Source of the DNA: Patescibacteria group bacterium
GTDB lineage: Bacteria > Patescibacteriota > Microgenomatia > UBA10105 > UBA927
DNA: 64,000 bases
Direction: 5' to 3'
Assembly: GCA_023379025.1 (NCBI GenBank)
Contig: JAMCTH010000003.1
Span: forward strand, 169,259 to 233,258
Shown here: in pieces, positions 26,428-35,942 of the stretch
Position numbering within the stretch: position 1 is the stretch's first letter
Layout of the letters: the number at the start of each line of letters is the position of its first letter
The notes under the pieces: model-generated
Told to the model about the DNA's origin: nothing
The model's input: only the letters and a program-made list of their open reading frames with translations
The model's database searches: none
Program-made: the position numbers and the translations under genes

Positions 26428-28608
26428 ATGATCTCACCTGTGGTTCTGCATATTAAAGTCCCCAGGGAAAACACAAAAGGCCCGGTAGCCATGGAGGGCG
26501 TCTATGACGGCCTTGATGAACTGTTTCGCCACGAACAGACACCAGTCGCTTTTGAAATAGTTCTCAAAAACGGATTTCTGTATTTTATTGTTGTTTGCGA
26601 GCGCAGGGTAGTTGATCTGGTACGTGGACAATTATATTCCCAGTACCAAAATCTTGAGCTTGAAGAAATTTCTGATTACTCTGGCACATTCTTTGCCTGG
26701 CCAAGCATTACAACACTCACCCTCAAACGACCCCATGCTTATCCGCTCCGCACCTACCGGAACCTCCCGAACGATTTTCTGACGAATCTCTCGGGGATGG
26801 CCACTTCCGTCGGCAAAAACGAATCTGCAGCAATACAGATTATTCTCCGAGCAATAGATGCCGATTCCTTGTCCTTTAAATCGGAACGGTTTTTGGAGAC
26901 TTCGTGGAGATCAGCACTCAGAAAAAATTCATCACTCCGTGAACTTCTGGAAGAGGAGGAAAGGAAAAAATTGCAAAAATCTTTATTTCGCGCAACTATA
27001 CGCATTGCAACGGCTACAGGATCTAAATCCGATGCACTAGGCGCCTCGATCGCATCGTTATTTAAAATACTTGATAACGAACACTTAAACGAACTGAAAA
27101 TCTGGAATGTGTCCCATCGCACACAGACGGCGGAGGAGTATAAAAGCCGCGTCATGACCAAGAATCTTCTCCTGTCTTCCGAAGAACTGGCAACAATCTA
27201 CCACTTTCCCTATTCCGGAGCAAATATATCGCAGGTCGCCGTCTCAAAAACTAAAATGGCAGAGCCTCCGACTAATCTTCCGGTATCACCTGAGGCCATC
27301 CCATTTGCGGTCACAAACTTCCGCGGCAGCGCTACTCAGTTCGGCATAAAACGTGAAGACAGAAGAAAACATCTGTATATCATCGGGAAGACCGGTGTCG
27401 GCAAAAGTAAACTCATAGAACTTCTGGCTCTTGCTGACATCCGTGAAGGCAAAGGATGCGTCATCATGGATCCGCACGGCGACTTGGCAGAGGAGCTCCT
27501 CCGTTACATCCCGCGGGAACGGCTGTATGACATCATCTATTTTAACCCGGCAGACCGCGAGTATCCCATGGGATTTAATCCGCTGGAGAGTGTCGGATCG
27601 TTCGAATACAGACAAAATGTGGTTGCCGGATTCATCGCGATATTCAAAAAACTTTTTGGCTTCACCTGGAATCAGCGGCTCGAACATGTCCTACGGTTCA
27701 CTACACTCGCACTTCTCGATGTACCCGGTACGACCGTACTCGGAATTACCAAAATGCTTTCTGAAACGGATTACAGGCAGGAAATTGTCGCACAAATTCA
27801 GGATCCTCTGATCAAAAAATTCTGGACAACAGAATTTTCGTCCTGGAATGAGCAGTACGCCGGTGAAGCCATAACGCCGGTCATCAATAAAGTCGGACAA
27901 TTCGTCGCGAATCCGCTCATCAGAAATATTGTTGGACAGGGAAAGAGTACCGTAAAAATCGACGAGCTGATCAATAATGAAAAAATTGTCATTGCAAATT
28001 TTGCGATCGGAAAACTCGGAGAGGAAAACAGTGCACTTCTCGGCGCCATGTTCATAACGAAACTCTGGCAGGCGGCAGTGGCCAGGGCATCTCTCCCCGA
28101 AGGGGAACGAAAAGACACGTTCCTCTATGTCGACGAATTTCAAAACTTTGCAACCAGCGCCTTTGCCAATATCCTTTCAGAAGCAAGAAAATACAAACTG
28201 AACCTTACGGTCGCTCATCAGTATATGATGCAACTGCCCGAAGAAGTGCGGTCTACCGTCTTCGGAAATGTCGGATCGATTATTGCCTTCCGAGTCGGCG
28301 GCGAAGATGCTTCCGTACTTGAAAAAGAATACAGTCCGACATTCTCATCTCAGGATTTTATGAATCTCGATATGAGAAATTTCTATATCAAGATGACCAT
28401 CGACGGTCAGACAGCGCTCCCGTTTTCCGGAAAAACACTCGATTTCCCCAAACCTGACGCAGATCTCCTGACGGATGTCGTACGGATCTCGCGGGAACGC
28501 TGGGCACACCCAAGAAGCGACGTTGAACGCGAACTTATGTCTGATACGGAAACTCCTTCTCCGGCACCTGAAGCAAAGGCGCAAACATTCTCCGAACCTA
28601 TTATCTAA
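26428..28608 (+). CDS. VirD4/TrwB-like (FtsK-HerA superfamily) ATPase
   Basis: HLYIIGKTGVGKS (Walker A), DPHGD, LYVDEFQNF (Walker B), EARKY and AHQY. Confidence 0.88.
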   Translation: MISPVVLHIKVPRENTKGPVAMEGVYDGLDELFRHEQTPVAFEIVLKNGFLYFIVVCERRVVDLVRGQLYSQYQNLELEEISDYSGTFFAWPSITTLTLKRPHAYPLRTYRNLPNDFLTNLSGMATSVGKNESAAIQIILRAIDADSLSFKSERFLETSWRSALRKNSSLRELLEEEERKKLQKSLFRATIRIATATGSKSDALGASIASLFKILDNEHLNELKIWNVSHRTQTAEEYKSRVMTKNLLLSSEELATIYHFPYSGANISQVAVSKTKMAEPPTNLPVSPEAIPFAVTNFRGSATQFGIKREDRRKHLYIIGKTGVGKSKLIELLALADIREGKGCVIMDPHGDLAEELLRYIPRERLYDIIYFNPADREYPMGFNPLESVGSFEYRQNVVAGFIAIFKKLFGFTWNQRLEHVLRFTTLALLDVPGTTVLGITKMLSETDYRQEIVAQIQDPLIKKFWTTEFSSWNEQYAGEAITPVINKVGQFVANPLIRNIVGQGKSTVKIDELINNEKIVIANFAIGKLGEENSALLGAMFITKLWQAAVARASLPEGERKDTFLYVDEFQNFATSAFANILSEARKYKLNLTVAHQYMMQLPEEVRSTVFGNVGSIIAFRVGGEDASVLEKEYSPTFSSQDFMNLDMRNFYIKMTIDGQTALPFSGKTLDFPKPDADLLTDVVRISRERWAHPRSDVERELMSDTETPSPAPEAKAQTFSEPII

Positions 28609-29513
28609 TTCAGGTACTGAAAACCCGGATAAAACGACGTCATCACTTCTGATACCGTTCTCGTATATTCCTCCGGCGTATACTGCCTGTTCAAAATACA
28701 GTTCTTTGCGTGGGAAAGTTCCGCACATCCGAAACAATTGTGACAGTCAACGCAATTAGCAAGAAACGCGCTGTCATAACAATTACTCGACCAGTCCGCG
28801 AACCTGCAATTGTAGAGCTTTGAAGAGTCGCGACACTCATAACATAGTTCGACCTGGGCGCATTGCGTCAGATCGTAGGAGTTTTTACAATAAAAACTGT
28901 CGTATAGGTAGCCGCAGTCTTCGTCATGGGCCGCGTCGTAACAGAGATAGAGGTTTAATGCGTAGTGGACATGATTCCCGTAGCTGCTGTTCTCCGAATG
29001 GGTGACATTGGACGGTCCAAAGGGATATGTTCTAATGAGATTTTTAAGATCGAGAAGATTCTGATCGGAAGGACGGGCAAGAAGCCCGGCAAGCCGTCTC
29101 TTATATTCTTCCTGGGTATATTGCCTGTTACATATACAATACTGCTTCTGCCTGAGATGCGTGCACCCGAAGAGATCATGGCTGTCTATACAATCCCAAC
29201 AAAAATGGCTGTCATATATCCTGGCACAGTAGTCGAGATATGTACTGTTGTATGCTCTAAGACAATCAACACACCCGTAAAGCTTCTCGCAATCCACATC
29301 ATAATCGCCGTCAACACAGTCAACACACCGTACGCTGTCGAAAAGATACAGGCACCGTTTATTATATGCGCAGTCAAAGGTATAGTAGCAGTCCGCAGAA
29401 TGATAGGTGTATCCGGTATAATCGCAATTTTCGTTATCGATATTCCCGGTCGGAGGCCGTGGGAGCGATCGCCGAAGCATGCTATATGCTGAAAGAAAAT
29501 CGGTGAACGTCAT
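28605..29513 (-). CDS. Cys/Tyr-rich repeat protein
   Basis: Many CxxC and CYxC repeats; the unit FGC..L....CIxNRQYT.EEY occurs twice. ATGA overlap with the upstream gene. Confidence 0.8.
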   Translation of the reverse strand: MTFTDFLSAYSMLRRSLPRPPTGNIDNENCDYTGYTYHSADCYYTFDCAYNKRCLYLFDSVRCVDCVDGDYDVDCEKLYGCVDCLRAYNSTYLDYCARIYDSHFCWDCIDSHDLFGCTHLRQKQYCICNRQYTQEEYKRRLAGLLARPSDQNLLDLKNLIRTYPFGPSNVTHSENSSYGNHVHYALNLYLCYDAAHDEDCGYLYDSFYCKNSYDLTQCAQVELCYECRDSSKLYNCRFADWSSNCYDSAFLANCVDCHNCFGCAELSHAKNCILNRQYTPEEYTRTVSEVMTSFYPGFQYLN

Positions 29514-29800
29514 TTTTGGAGAATATCCGTCGTATCGTAATACTGCCGGTAACACGTCTGGCAGAGGATTTTTGCCGAAACCGTTGCAGGATCGTACGTC
29601 GTCACCATGGCCGCACCGCACTGTTGACAGGTCGTCCGGAATAATTTACGCTCCCCCCGTCCCCGCAGACGCCGGAGCTGCCGGTCTGATGGACACAGTG
29701 TCGGCATTGGCAAATTCATTTTTTTAAGAAATTCCTCCTCCTGGGATATCACAAGAAATTTCTGACCGCAGGACGCACACACGTGGGTAGTATCTGCCAT
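29510..29800 (-). CDS. Zinc-ribbon protein
   Basis: CASC, CPSD, CQQC and CQTC motifs; TACCAT-8 nt-ATG. Confidence 0.8.
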   Translation of the reverse strand: MADTTHVCASCGQKFLVISQEEEFLKKMNLPMPTLCPSDRQLRRLRGRGERKLFRTTCQQCGAAMVTTYDPATVSAKILCQTCYRQYYDTTDILQK

Positions 29801-29837
29801 ATATACCCATGGTATCACAATTTTCTCTTGACAACCC

Positions 29838-30623
29838 TTAATTGCTGGCGCTTGTGTAGAACCTGAGCGCAAAACGCCAGAACTTCCGGGAAACAAGAAA
29901 CAGACCGACCGCTACCCCCATAAGAAGCGCCGCATCCTGCCAGCGCGCATGGGAAAGAAAAATTTTTGCCGGAATATTGATGATAAGCGTAAAGGGAAGG
30001 AAAAAAACGAAGATATAACTTGCCAGCTGATGCAGCATTTCCGCCGGATACCTTGCCGCACCCGTTACGGAAAACATGAGCTCCGTCAGATTCGAGAGTC
30101 TCGTATGCCAGATCGTAACGGTAATGACAATAAACCAGAGCGAGTAAAGGGTCAGGAGACTAAAGATCATGATCCCGGCAATCGGAAGAATATTCCATAC
30201 GGTCGGAATGATATGGAGAATCCCGGCAATATACCAGGTGTACGCCAAAGCGATAAGGACGCGGGAAAATGTGGCGTATCCGACAAGCCAGAACGTCAGG
30301 AGGAACTGCGAATCGATCGGTTTCACGAGGATGCTGTCAAGCTGCCCGAAATGAATAATTGTAGAAAATCGCTCGAAATTTCGAGAAAAAAATACATGGT
30401 AACAACCGATTATGATACCGTAAAGACCATTGAGAAGCAGCAGCTCATCACGACTCCACCCGAAAACAACCGTTATTTTTGATGTCAGCAATACAATGGA
30501 AAAAAGGGAAAACAATCCCCACGCCACGCTAGACACAAGACTGTTTAAAAAATGAGCGCGGTAGATAAGAAGTGCCGAAAAATTCAGCTCCAGAAGTTTT
30601 TTGTATACACGGATATATCTCAT
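29838..30623 (-). CDS. ABC-2 type permease (DUF990-like)
   Basis: GQLDSILVKPID and YTSASN. Confidence 0.87.
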   Translation of the reverse strand: MRYIRVYKKLLELNFSALLIYRAHFLNSLVSSVAWGLFSLFSIVLLTSKITVVFGWSRDELLLLNGLYGIIIGCYHVFFSRNFERFSTIIHFGQLDSILVKPIDSQFLLTFWLVGYATFSRVLIALAYTWYIAGILHIIPTVWNILPIAGIMIFSLLTLYSLWFIVITVTIWHTRLSNLTELMFSVTGAARYPAEMLHQLASYIFVFFLPFTLIINIPAKIFLSHARWQDAALLMGVAVGLFLVSRKFWRFALRFYTSASN

Positions 30624-30626
30624 ACG

Positions 30627-31424
30627 TTACTGACCGATGCCGGTAAAGAGCCGGAGTCCGGTAACCCAGAGTTTTTTGTAACAGAGTAACAGGGTAATCA
30701 GCCATACGATCTGTATCGCGATCACCCTTACGGCATCCCAGCCCAAAAGATTGCCTTCAAGCGCCATCACGGGATAATAGATCATATAGGCAAACGGCAG
30801 TATCTCGGCAAGTGTCCTGAGCAGGGGGTGAAAAAACTGTACAGGTATCACGAACCCGGCAAAAACCATGAATATGACGGTCACGAGCTGCTCGAAACCG
30901 CTGTAATCGGTCATCCAGAGGGCAGACAAACCGACGATCATCTTAAACACAAACGAAAGGAAATACGCGATCACACCGGAAATCCCGGCGACCACGAGGG
31001 CAGCCGGAGCCGAAGCCACATGCAGAAACGAACCGAACGACACAAGAAACCCCGCAAGGATTACAACTCCGAATGCACCCTGGATCACCCGCCACGGAAG
31101 TTCTTCATAAAACTTGATCCAGAAATAGGAAAAGGGACGGAGCAGATATTTCACGAGACCCCCTTCCTGGATATCGTGCCGTGCGACGTCTTCCTCAACA
31201 TGCACGGTAAGGAACGCCCCGGCAAAAATCAGGAGAAAATAGTAAGAGGTAATCTCCGAAAATGAGAGCGGCATCCCCGTAAGCTTTCCGCCCGCATACG
31301 CCGCCCGCCAAAACAGAAGGTAGAGAAGCGGGTTAAGAAGCTCCACGAGAAACCAGACGAGGTTTCTGCTCCGGTACTCAAATGCCTGCTCGAAATGGAG
31401 AAGAAACATGCGGACATATTTCAT
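30627..31424 (-). CDS. ABC-2 type permease (DUF990-like)
   Basis: EGGLVKYLLRP and LPFAYMIYYP. Confidence 0.87.
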   Translation of the reverse strand: MKYVRMFLLHFEQAFEYRSRNLVWFLVELLNPLLYLLFWRAAYAGGKLTGMPLSFSEITSYYFLLIFAGAFLTVHVEEDVARHDIQEGGLVKYLLRPFSYFWIKFYEELPWRVIQGAFGVVILAGFLVSFGSFLHVASAPAALVVAGISGVIAYFLSFVFKMIVGLSALWMTDYSGFEQLVTVIFMVFAGFVIPVQFFHPLLRTLAEILPFAYMIYYPVMALEGNLLGWDAVRVIAIQIVWLITLLLCYKKLWVTGLRLFTGIGQ

Positions 31425-31430
31425 ACAATG

Positions 31431-31640
31431 AAATCGCAAAACTCAAATCCCAAATCTAAAAGTTATCTCAAATCTCGAAAAGATATTGTTCGAACGCACG
31501 TGAGAACTTCTCGCGAAGTTTACCTCGAGACTTCTCGCCGAGAGGCTCGAAGAATAGGCTTGGAGATGGCTTCTCAATTTGTCGGAAGATAGGAATATAT
31601 CCATTGGTCATTGGTCCGCCGGTTGGCGGATGAGATTTGA
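31431..31640. repeat. Composite repeat region: heptamer array, nested palindromes and a TCCGCC-N4-GGCGGA hairpin
   Basis: AAATCGC AAAACTC AAATCCC AAATCTA at 31431; AACTTC-TCGC-GAAGTT; partner TGAGATTTGA at 31631. Confidence 0.65.
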
Positions 31641-32609
31641 AGCTTTCAAAAAAACATCCCTGATAATGTCTTCGATATCCGGTTCTTCGATATTGAGGTC
31701 CTCTACGGGAAAATCCTGCAATAGCTCCGCTGCCGCGACGTTGCTTGCGCTTCTCGGCACACGGATGACGGCATGGGGAAAATTGTACTCCGCAAGCTCT
31801 CCTATGGATCTGAATTTATCCGGCGCGATATAGGTATCGAGGACTACGGACAATACCTTATATTTGGCAAATTTCCGGACGAGCTGATCGAGTTTTCCGT
31901 CATAAAGGATCTTGCCGTGATCAATGATGATCACGCGACGCGCCAATTGACGTACGTCTTCCATATAGTGGGACGTCAGAAGAATCGTTGACTTGTGGAG
32001 TTCGTTATATGACTGTATGAAGTCACGCATCTTTTTCTGCATGACCACATCAAGTCCGATGGTCGGCTCGTCGAGAAACAAAACCTTCGGGGCATGGATG
32101 AGCGCCGCGATCAGTTCCATCTTCATCCGTTCACCGAGGGAAAGCTTCCGCACCTGAACTTTAAGGAGCGGCTCAACGTCCAGAAGTTCGACGAGTTCCC
32201 GGAGTGTCTTTTTGTAAGCATCATCCGGAATTTCGTATATCTCCTTATTGAGAAGGAAAGTCTCGAGAGCCGGCAGGTCCCACCAGAGCTGATTCTTCTG
32301 CCCCATGACCAGGGCGATCTGCCTGAGGTAGGCATTTTTGCGCTCATACGGGGTGTATCCGAGCACCCGGACCGCACCGCTTGTGGGGTACAGTAAGCCC
32401 GAAAGACACTTGAGAGTCGTCGTTTTTCCTGCGCCGTTCGGACCGATAAAACCAACCAATTCCCCTTCACCGATAGTAAACGAGATATCATTGACCGCCT
32501 GCACGGTCTCATACTGCCGTGCGACCAGCGACCGGACGGATCCCAAAAATCCGGGTTCCTTCCGGTGCACCTGATAATACTTTTTGAGATGAGCAAGAGA
32601 TATAACCAT
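31608..32609 (-). CDS. ABC transporter ATP-binding protein
   Basis: GPNGAGKT, LSLGE, LFLDEPT and TSH motifs. Confidence 0.94.
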   Translation of the reverse strand: MVISLAHLKKYYQVHRKEPGFLGSVRSLVARQYETVQAVNDISFTIGEGELVGFIGPNGAGKTTTLKCLSGLLYPTSGAVRVLGYTPYERKNAYLRQIALVMGQKNQLWWDLPALETFLLNKEIYEIPDDAYKKTLRELVELLDVEPLLKVQVRKLSLGERMKMELIAALIHAPKVLFLDEPTIGLDVVMQKKMRDFIQSYNELHKSTILLTSHYMEDVRQLARRVIIIDHGKILYDGKLDQLVRKFAKYKVLSVVLDTYIAPDKFRSIGELAEYNFPHAVIRVPRSASNVAAAELLQDFPVEDLNIEEPDIEDIIRDVFLKASNLIRQPADQ

Positions 32610-32632
32610 AGGAAATGAGATATTCGCTTTTT

Positions 32633-32695
32633 GAAATCAGAAATCCGAAATCGATATTCGGCTTTCTATTTTCTATTACGAATTTCTATTTTCTT
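32633..32695. repeat. Inverted heptamer arrays
   Basis: GAAATCA GAAATCC GAAATCG ... TTTCTAT TTTCTAT. Confidence 0.6.
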
Positions 32696-32790
32696 TACAA
32701 CTATGTTCAATTTTCTAACCTCAGTATACCAAAAAGGAAAGCCCTCCATGATGCTCGGAGCGAAGCTTTCCTCTTTGTGCCGTCAGGCTG

Positions 32791-33063
32791 TTACCGGACG
32801 ACTTTTTTAAGCGCTTTTCCTGCCGTGAACCCTGGGGTTTTGCGGGCCGGAATGTTAATCGCTGCGCCTGTCTGGGGGTTTCGGCCGGTTCGTGCTTTGC
32901 GGGAACGGACCATGAACGTACCGAAGCCGGTAACGACGACTTTGTCTCCTTTTTTAAGGGCATCGGTGACGGCACCGAAGACTGCCTGAACTGCTTCACG
33001 GGAAGCTTTTGCCGTGAGACTCGCCTTTTTGGCAACGACTTCAACAAGATCTGCTTTGGTCAT
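32791..33063 (-). CDS. hup: HU DNA-binding protein
   Basis: MTKADLV, GFGTF and GRNPQTG; SD GAGGAGGTG. Confidence 0.96.
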   Translation of the reverse strand: MTKADLVEVVAKKASLTAKASREAVQAVFGAVTDALKKGDKVVVTGFGTFMVRSRKARTGRNPQTGAAINIPARKTPGFTAGKALKKVVR

Positions 33064-33240
33064 ATGGATAGTTCACCTCCTCTCGCCCTCCGAAGATGAA
33101 GCGATGGAGGGTATCGCTCTCAGTAATACTTTTTTTCTGCGCGCCGCACTGAGATAGGCTTGCGGGGCAGAAATAATTCGGGCAGAAGGCTAGAACAAGA
33201 AAAAAAATTTTTTGTCCCGTTACGGCGGGATCTATGAGGC

Positions 33241-33269
33241 ACTGTAAAGAATTTGGAGTGTCCTGTCAA
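33241..33269 (-). promoter_or_regulatory. hup promoter
   Basis: TTGACA-17-TACAGT. Confidence 0.7.
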
Positions 33270-33312
33270 GATATCAAAACGAAGAAGCTGTCAGGAGGTA
33301 CGATGTGTTCTA

Positions 33313-34848
33313 TTACTTGGCCGTTTCGACCGCCCGCAGCTCACGGATTACGGTGATCTTTACCGTACCCGGGAAGGTCATCTTTTCCTCAACCTCGTCT
33401 TTGATATCCCGTGCCATAATCACCGCCGCCGCATCATCTACTGTCCCGGGATCAACGATAACCCGGAGCTCCCTGCCCGCCTGAAATGCATAGACCTCTT
33501 TCACCCCTTTGTGAGTTTTTGCGACATTTTCAAGGTCCGTAAGCCGCTTGATATATTCCTCATAATTTTCGTATCGTGCCCCGGGGCGGCTGCCGGAAAT
33601 GGCATCAGCGATATAGACGAGCGTGGATTCTACGGAGGAAAACGGCGTGTCCTCGTGGTGCTGTGCAACACAATCGATGACGCGCTGCGGCATGCCGTAT
33701 TTTTTGAGCATCTGAATTCCCAACTCAACGTGGGACCCTTCCTGATCGGCGACGACTTTCCCGATATCATGAAGAAGGCATCCGAGCCGGACGATATTGA
33801 CGTCCGCATGCACCTCCTCGGCAAGAGCGATGCCGATTTTCGTCTCCTCAAGGGTATGGGCGATCATGTTCTGCCCGTAGGAAAACCGGTATTTGAACCG
33901 CCCAAGAAGCGCAACCAGCGGCATCGGGAGGTTATACACGCCGACGGCGTGACACAGTTTCTGCCCTTCCTCAAGCATAATCCGCTCGATTTCCTTCTTT
34001 ACCTGCTCTATGACTTCCTCGATGCGACCCGGCTGGACCCGGCCATCGCGAAGAAGCCGCTCAAGCGCCACCCTCGCTATCTCGCGGCGTACCGGATCGA
34101 AGCAGGAAAGCCGGATAACCCCCTCTTCGTCCAGGTCCACATCTACGCCGCTTGCCGTTTCAAAAGCGCGGATGTTCCTTCCCTCTTTCCCGATAATTCT
34201 GCCTTTTACGTCCTCGTCCGCGATTTTTATAACCGACACGGTATATTCCGGCACATAGTCCGTAGCTCCGTGACGCATGGCATCGACAAGAATCTGTTTA
34301 GCTTTTTCTTCTGCCTCTTCTTCTGCTTTGACGGTCGCCTCCCGGATTTCCTTGGCGACTTCTTCCCGCAGTTTTTCGCGCAGCGCCGTAAGAATGAAAT
34401 TTTTAGCCTCGTCCCTCGTAAGATGAGCGGCGCGCTCCAGTTTCTCGAGCTGTTCCGCTTTGATCTTTTCCATGTCGGAAAGCCGTTTTTGTATGTCAGC
34501 CTCCGCTTCCCGGATCCTCCCGTCCCGCTCGTCCAGTGCTCCTTCGCGGCGGTCTATGGCCTCAAGTTTCCGGCGCAGATCTTCTTCTGCCTCCCGCCGG
34601 ATACGGTGCGCCTCATCCTTTGCCTCAATGACCAGTTCCCTTGCCTGGGTTTCTGCCTGTTTCAGCACGCCGGCGAGATCCTGCGTCTCGGGGGGATTTT
34701 CTTTGTGGGTTTCTTTTTGCTCAGCCTGCGGCGGGCGGGAAACCTGAGGCTGCACCGGGTGCTTTCCGGATGCGGATTCCTTTTTCGTTTTAGGAAGCGG
34801 TTTTTTCGGATTGACAAGTCCTGACAACGTCTTGAGTACGTCAAACAT
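33313..34848 (-). CDS. rny: Ribonuclease Y
   Basis: Coiled coil, KH domain (GRIIGKEGRNIR), HD domain (LLHDIGK) and ADAISGSRPGAR. Confidence 0.95.
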   Translation of the reverse strand: MFDVLKTLSGLVNPKKPLPKTKKESASGKHPVQPQVSRPPQAEQKETHKENPPETQDLAGVLKQAETQARELVIEAKDEAHRIRREAEEDLRRKLEAIDRREGALDERDGRIREAEADIQKRLSDMEKIKAEQLEKLERAAHLTRDEAKNFILTALREKLREEVAKEIREATVKAEEEAEEKAKQILVDAMRHGATDYVPEYTVSVIKIADEDVKGRIIGKEGRNIRAFETASGVDVDLDEEGVIRLSCFDPVRREIARVALERLLRDGRVQPGRIEEVIEQVKKEIERIMLEEGQKLCHAVGVYNLPMPLVALLGRFKYRFSYGQNMIAHTLEETKIGIALAEEVHADVNIVRLGCLLHDIGKVVADQEGSHVELGIQMLKKYGMPQRVIDCVAQHHEDTPFSSVESTLVYIADAISGSRPGARYENYEEYIKRLTDLENVAKTHKGVKEVYAFQAGRELRVIVDPGTVDDAAAVIMARDIKDEVEEKMTFPGTVKITVIRELRAVETAK

Positions 34849-34977
34849 GATGGTAATGCGAACCGGAGATGATGAAGGAACGCCAAAAATCCGCCCGTTA
34901 TGCGGCTTCGTGCGTCGGAGAAAGAAATGAAACGTCGTTATTCATATTCCGATACGCCTTCGGCATCCGATCTTCAC

Positions 34978-35487
34978 CTACAATTCAGCTTCTCTATTGT
35001 ATGCTTTTCCGGCATATTCGTCAATGATACGGTGCACCGTCGCCGGAGCAAAACCGCGGCTCCCGAGATACGCATAAATCTTCCGTCTCCGCGCCAATAC
35101 GGGCAATTTCTGCCAAACGGGCAGTTTTTTTGTCACGAGTTTTCTCGCGTCCTGAAGCTCATCCTGGGGTTGATGCACCGAAGTGATGATCTCGTCGACA
35201 ATCTTCCGTTCTATCCCTTTGTTGAGAAGCTCCCGCCGGAGAAGCGCCGTTCCTTTTGGCCGGAAGGTGCTGCGCTGTTCAATCCACCAGGAAACAAATT
35301 TTGCATCATTTATATATCCCAATTCCCGTAGTCTTTCTGATACCAAAGAAATAATCGTAGGGGCAAACGTTTTAGATCGTTTTTGTTTTTTTTCGAGAAA
35401 ATCATGTATCTCTTTTTCGGATCTGGGTCGGTAGGACAAAAAATTGAAGGCCGCATTGAGAAGGCGCTCGTACAAATAGTCATCCAT
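34978..35487 (-). CDS. recX: Regulatory protein RecX
   Basis: LSYRPRSEKE, GYINDAKF, ELLNKGI and LGSRGF. Confidence 0.9.
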   Translation of the reverse strand: MDDYLYERLLNAAFNFLSYRPRSEKEIHDFLEKKQKRSKTFAPTIISLVSERLRELGYINDAKFVSWWIEQRSTFRPKGTALLRRELLNKGIERKIVDEIITSVHQPQDELQDARKLVTKKLPVWQKLPVLARRRKIYAYLGSRGFAPATVHRIIDEYAGKAYNREAEL

Positions 35488-35491
35488 GAAT

Positions 35492-35914
35492 CTATCTCCA
35501 CAAGGAAAACTTCCGAGTCATCTGACTGAGCTTTATACGATTACCGAAAGCCGAGATACCATAATATTCAAGTTCTGCCTCATGAGCCTGTTTTGTTCGT
35601 TCTTTCTGTTCGAGATACGTCCCGACGGTCATAGTACTCGTGAAATCAACGAAATGAATACCCTCTGCCAAAAACTCAAATCTGAGCGTTCTGATCTGAT
35701 TGGAATTATCAGCGGCGAGGATGATAAACGGATGGTCCGAGATGCTTTTGTGTTTCCCCCGGTCGAAATCCTGGTAGTCATCAAAGCGCATATCCGCAAT
35801 CGTCGGATAACTTACCGAGAGCCCCGCTGCCATATGGGCAAGAGCGTTCATGAGTAAGCCCACCGGAACTTTTTTATTGAGAACTGCAATAAATTTGTTC
35901 TCTAGTCCGTCCAT
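35492..35914 (-). CDS. DUF2000-family protein
   Basis: NKFIAVLNKKVPVGLLMNALAHM...TRKFSLWR. Start taken at MDGL. Confidence 0.75.
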   Translation of the reverse strand: MDGLENKFIAVLNKKVPVGLLMNALAHMAAGLSVSYPTIADMRFDDYQDFDRGKHKSISDHPFIILAADNSNQIRTLRFEFLAEGIHFVDFTSTMTVGTYLEQKERTKQAHEAELEYYGISAFGNRIKLSQMTRKFSLWR

Positions 35915-35942
35915 ACGCTCTGATAGTATATAATATTCCTCT

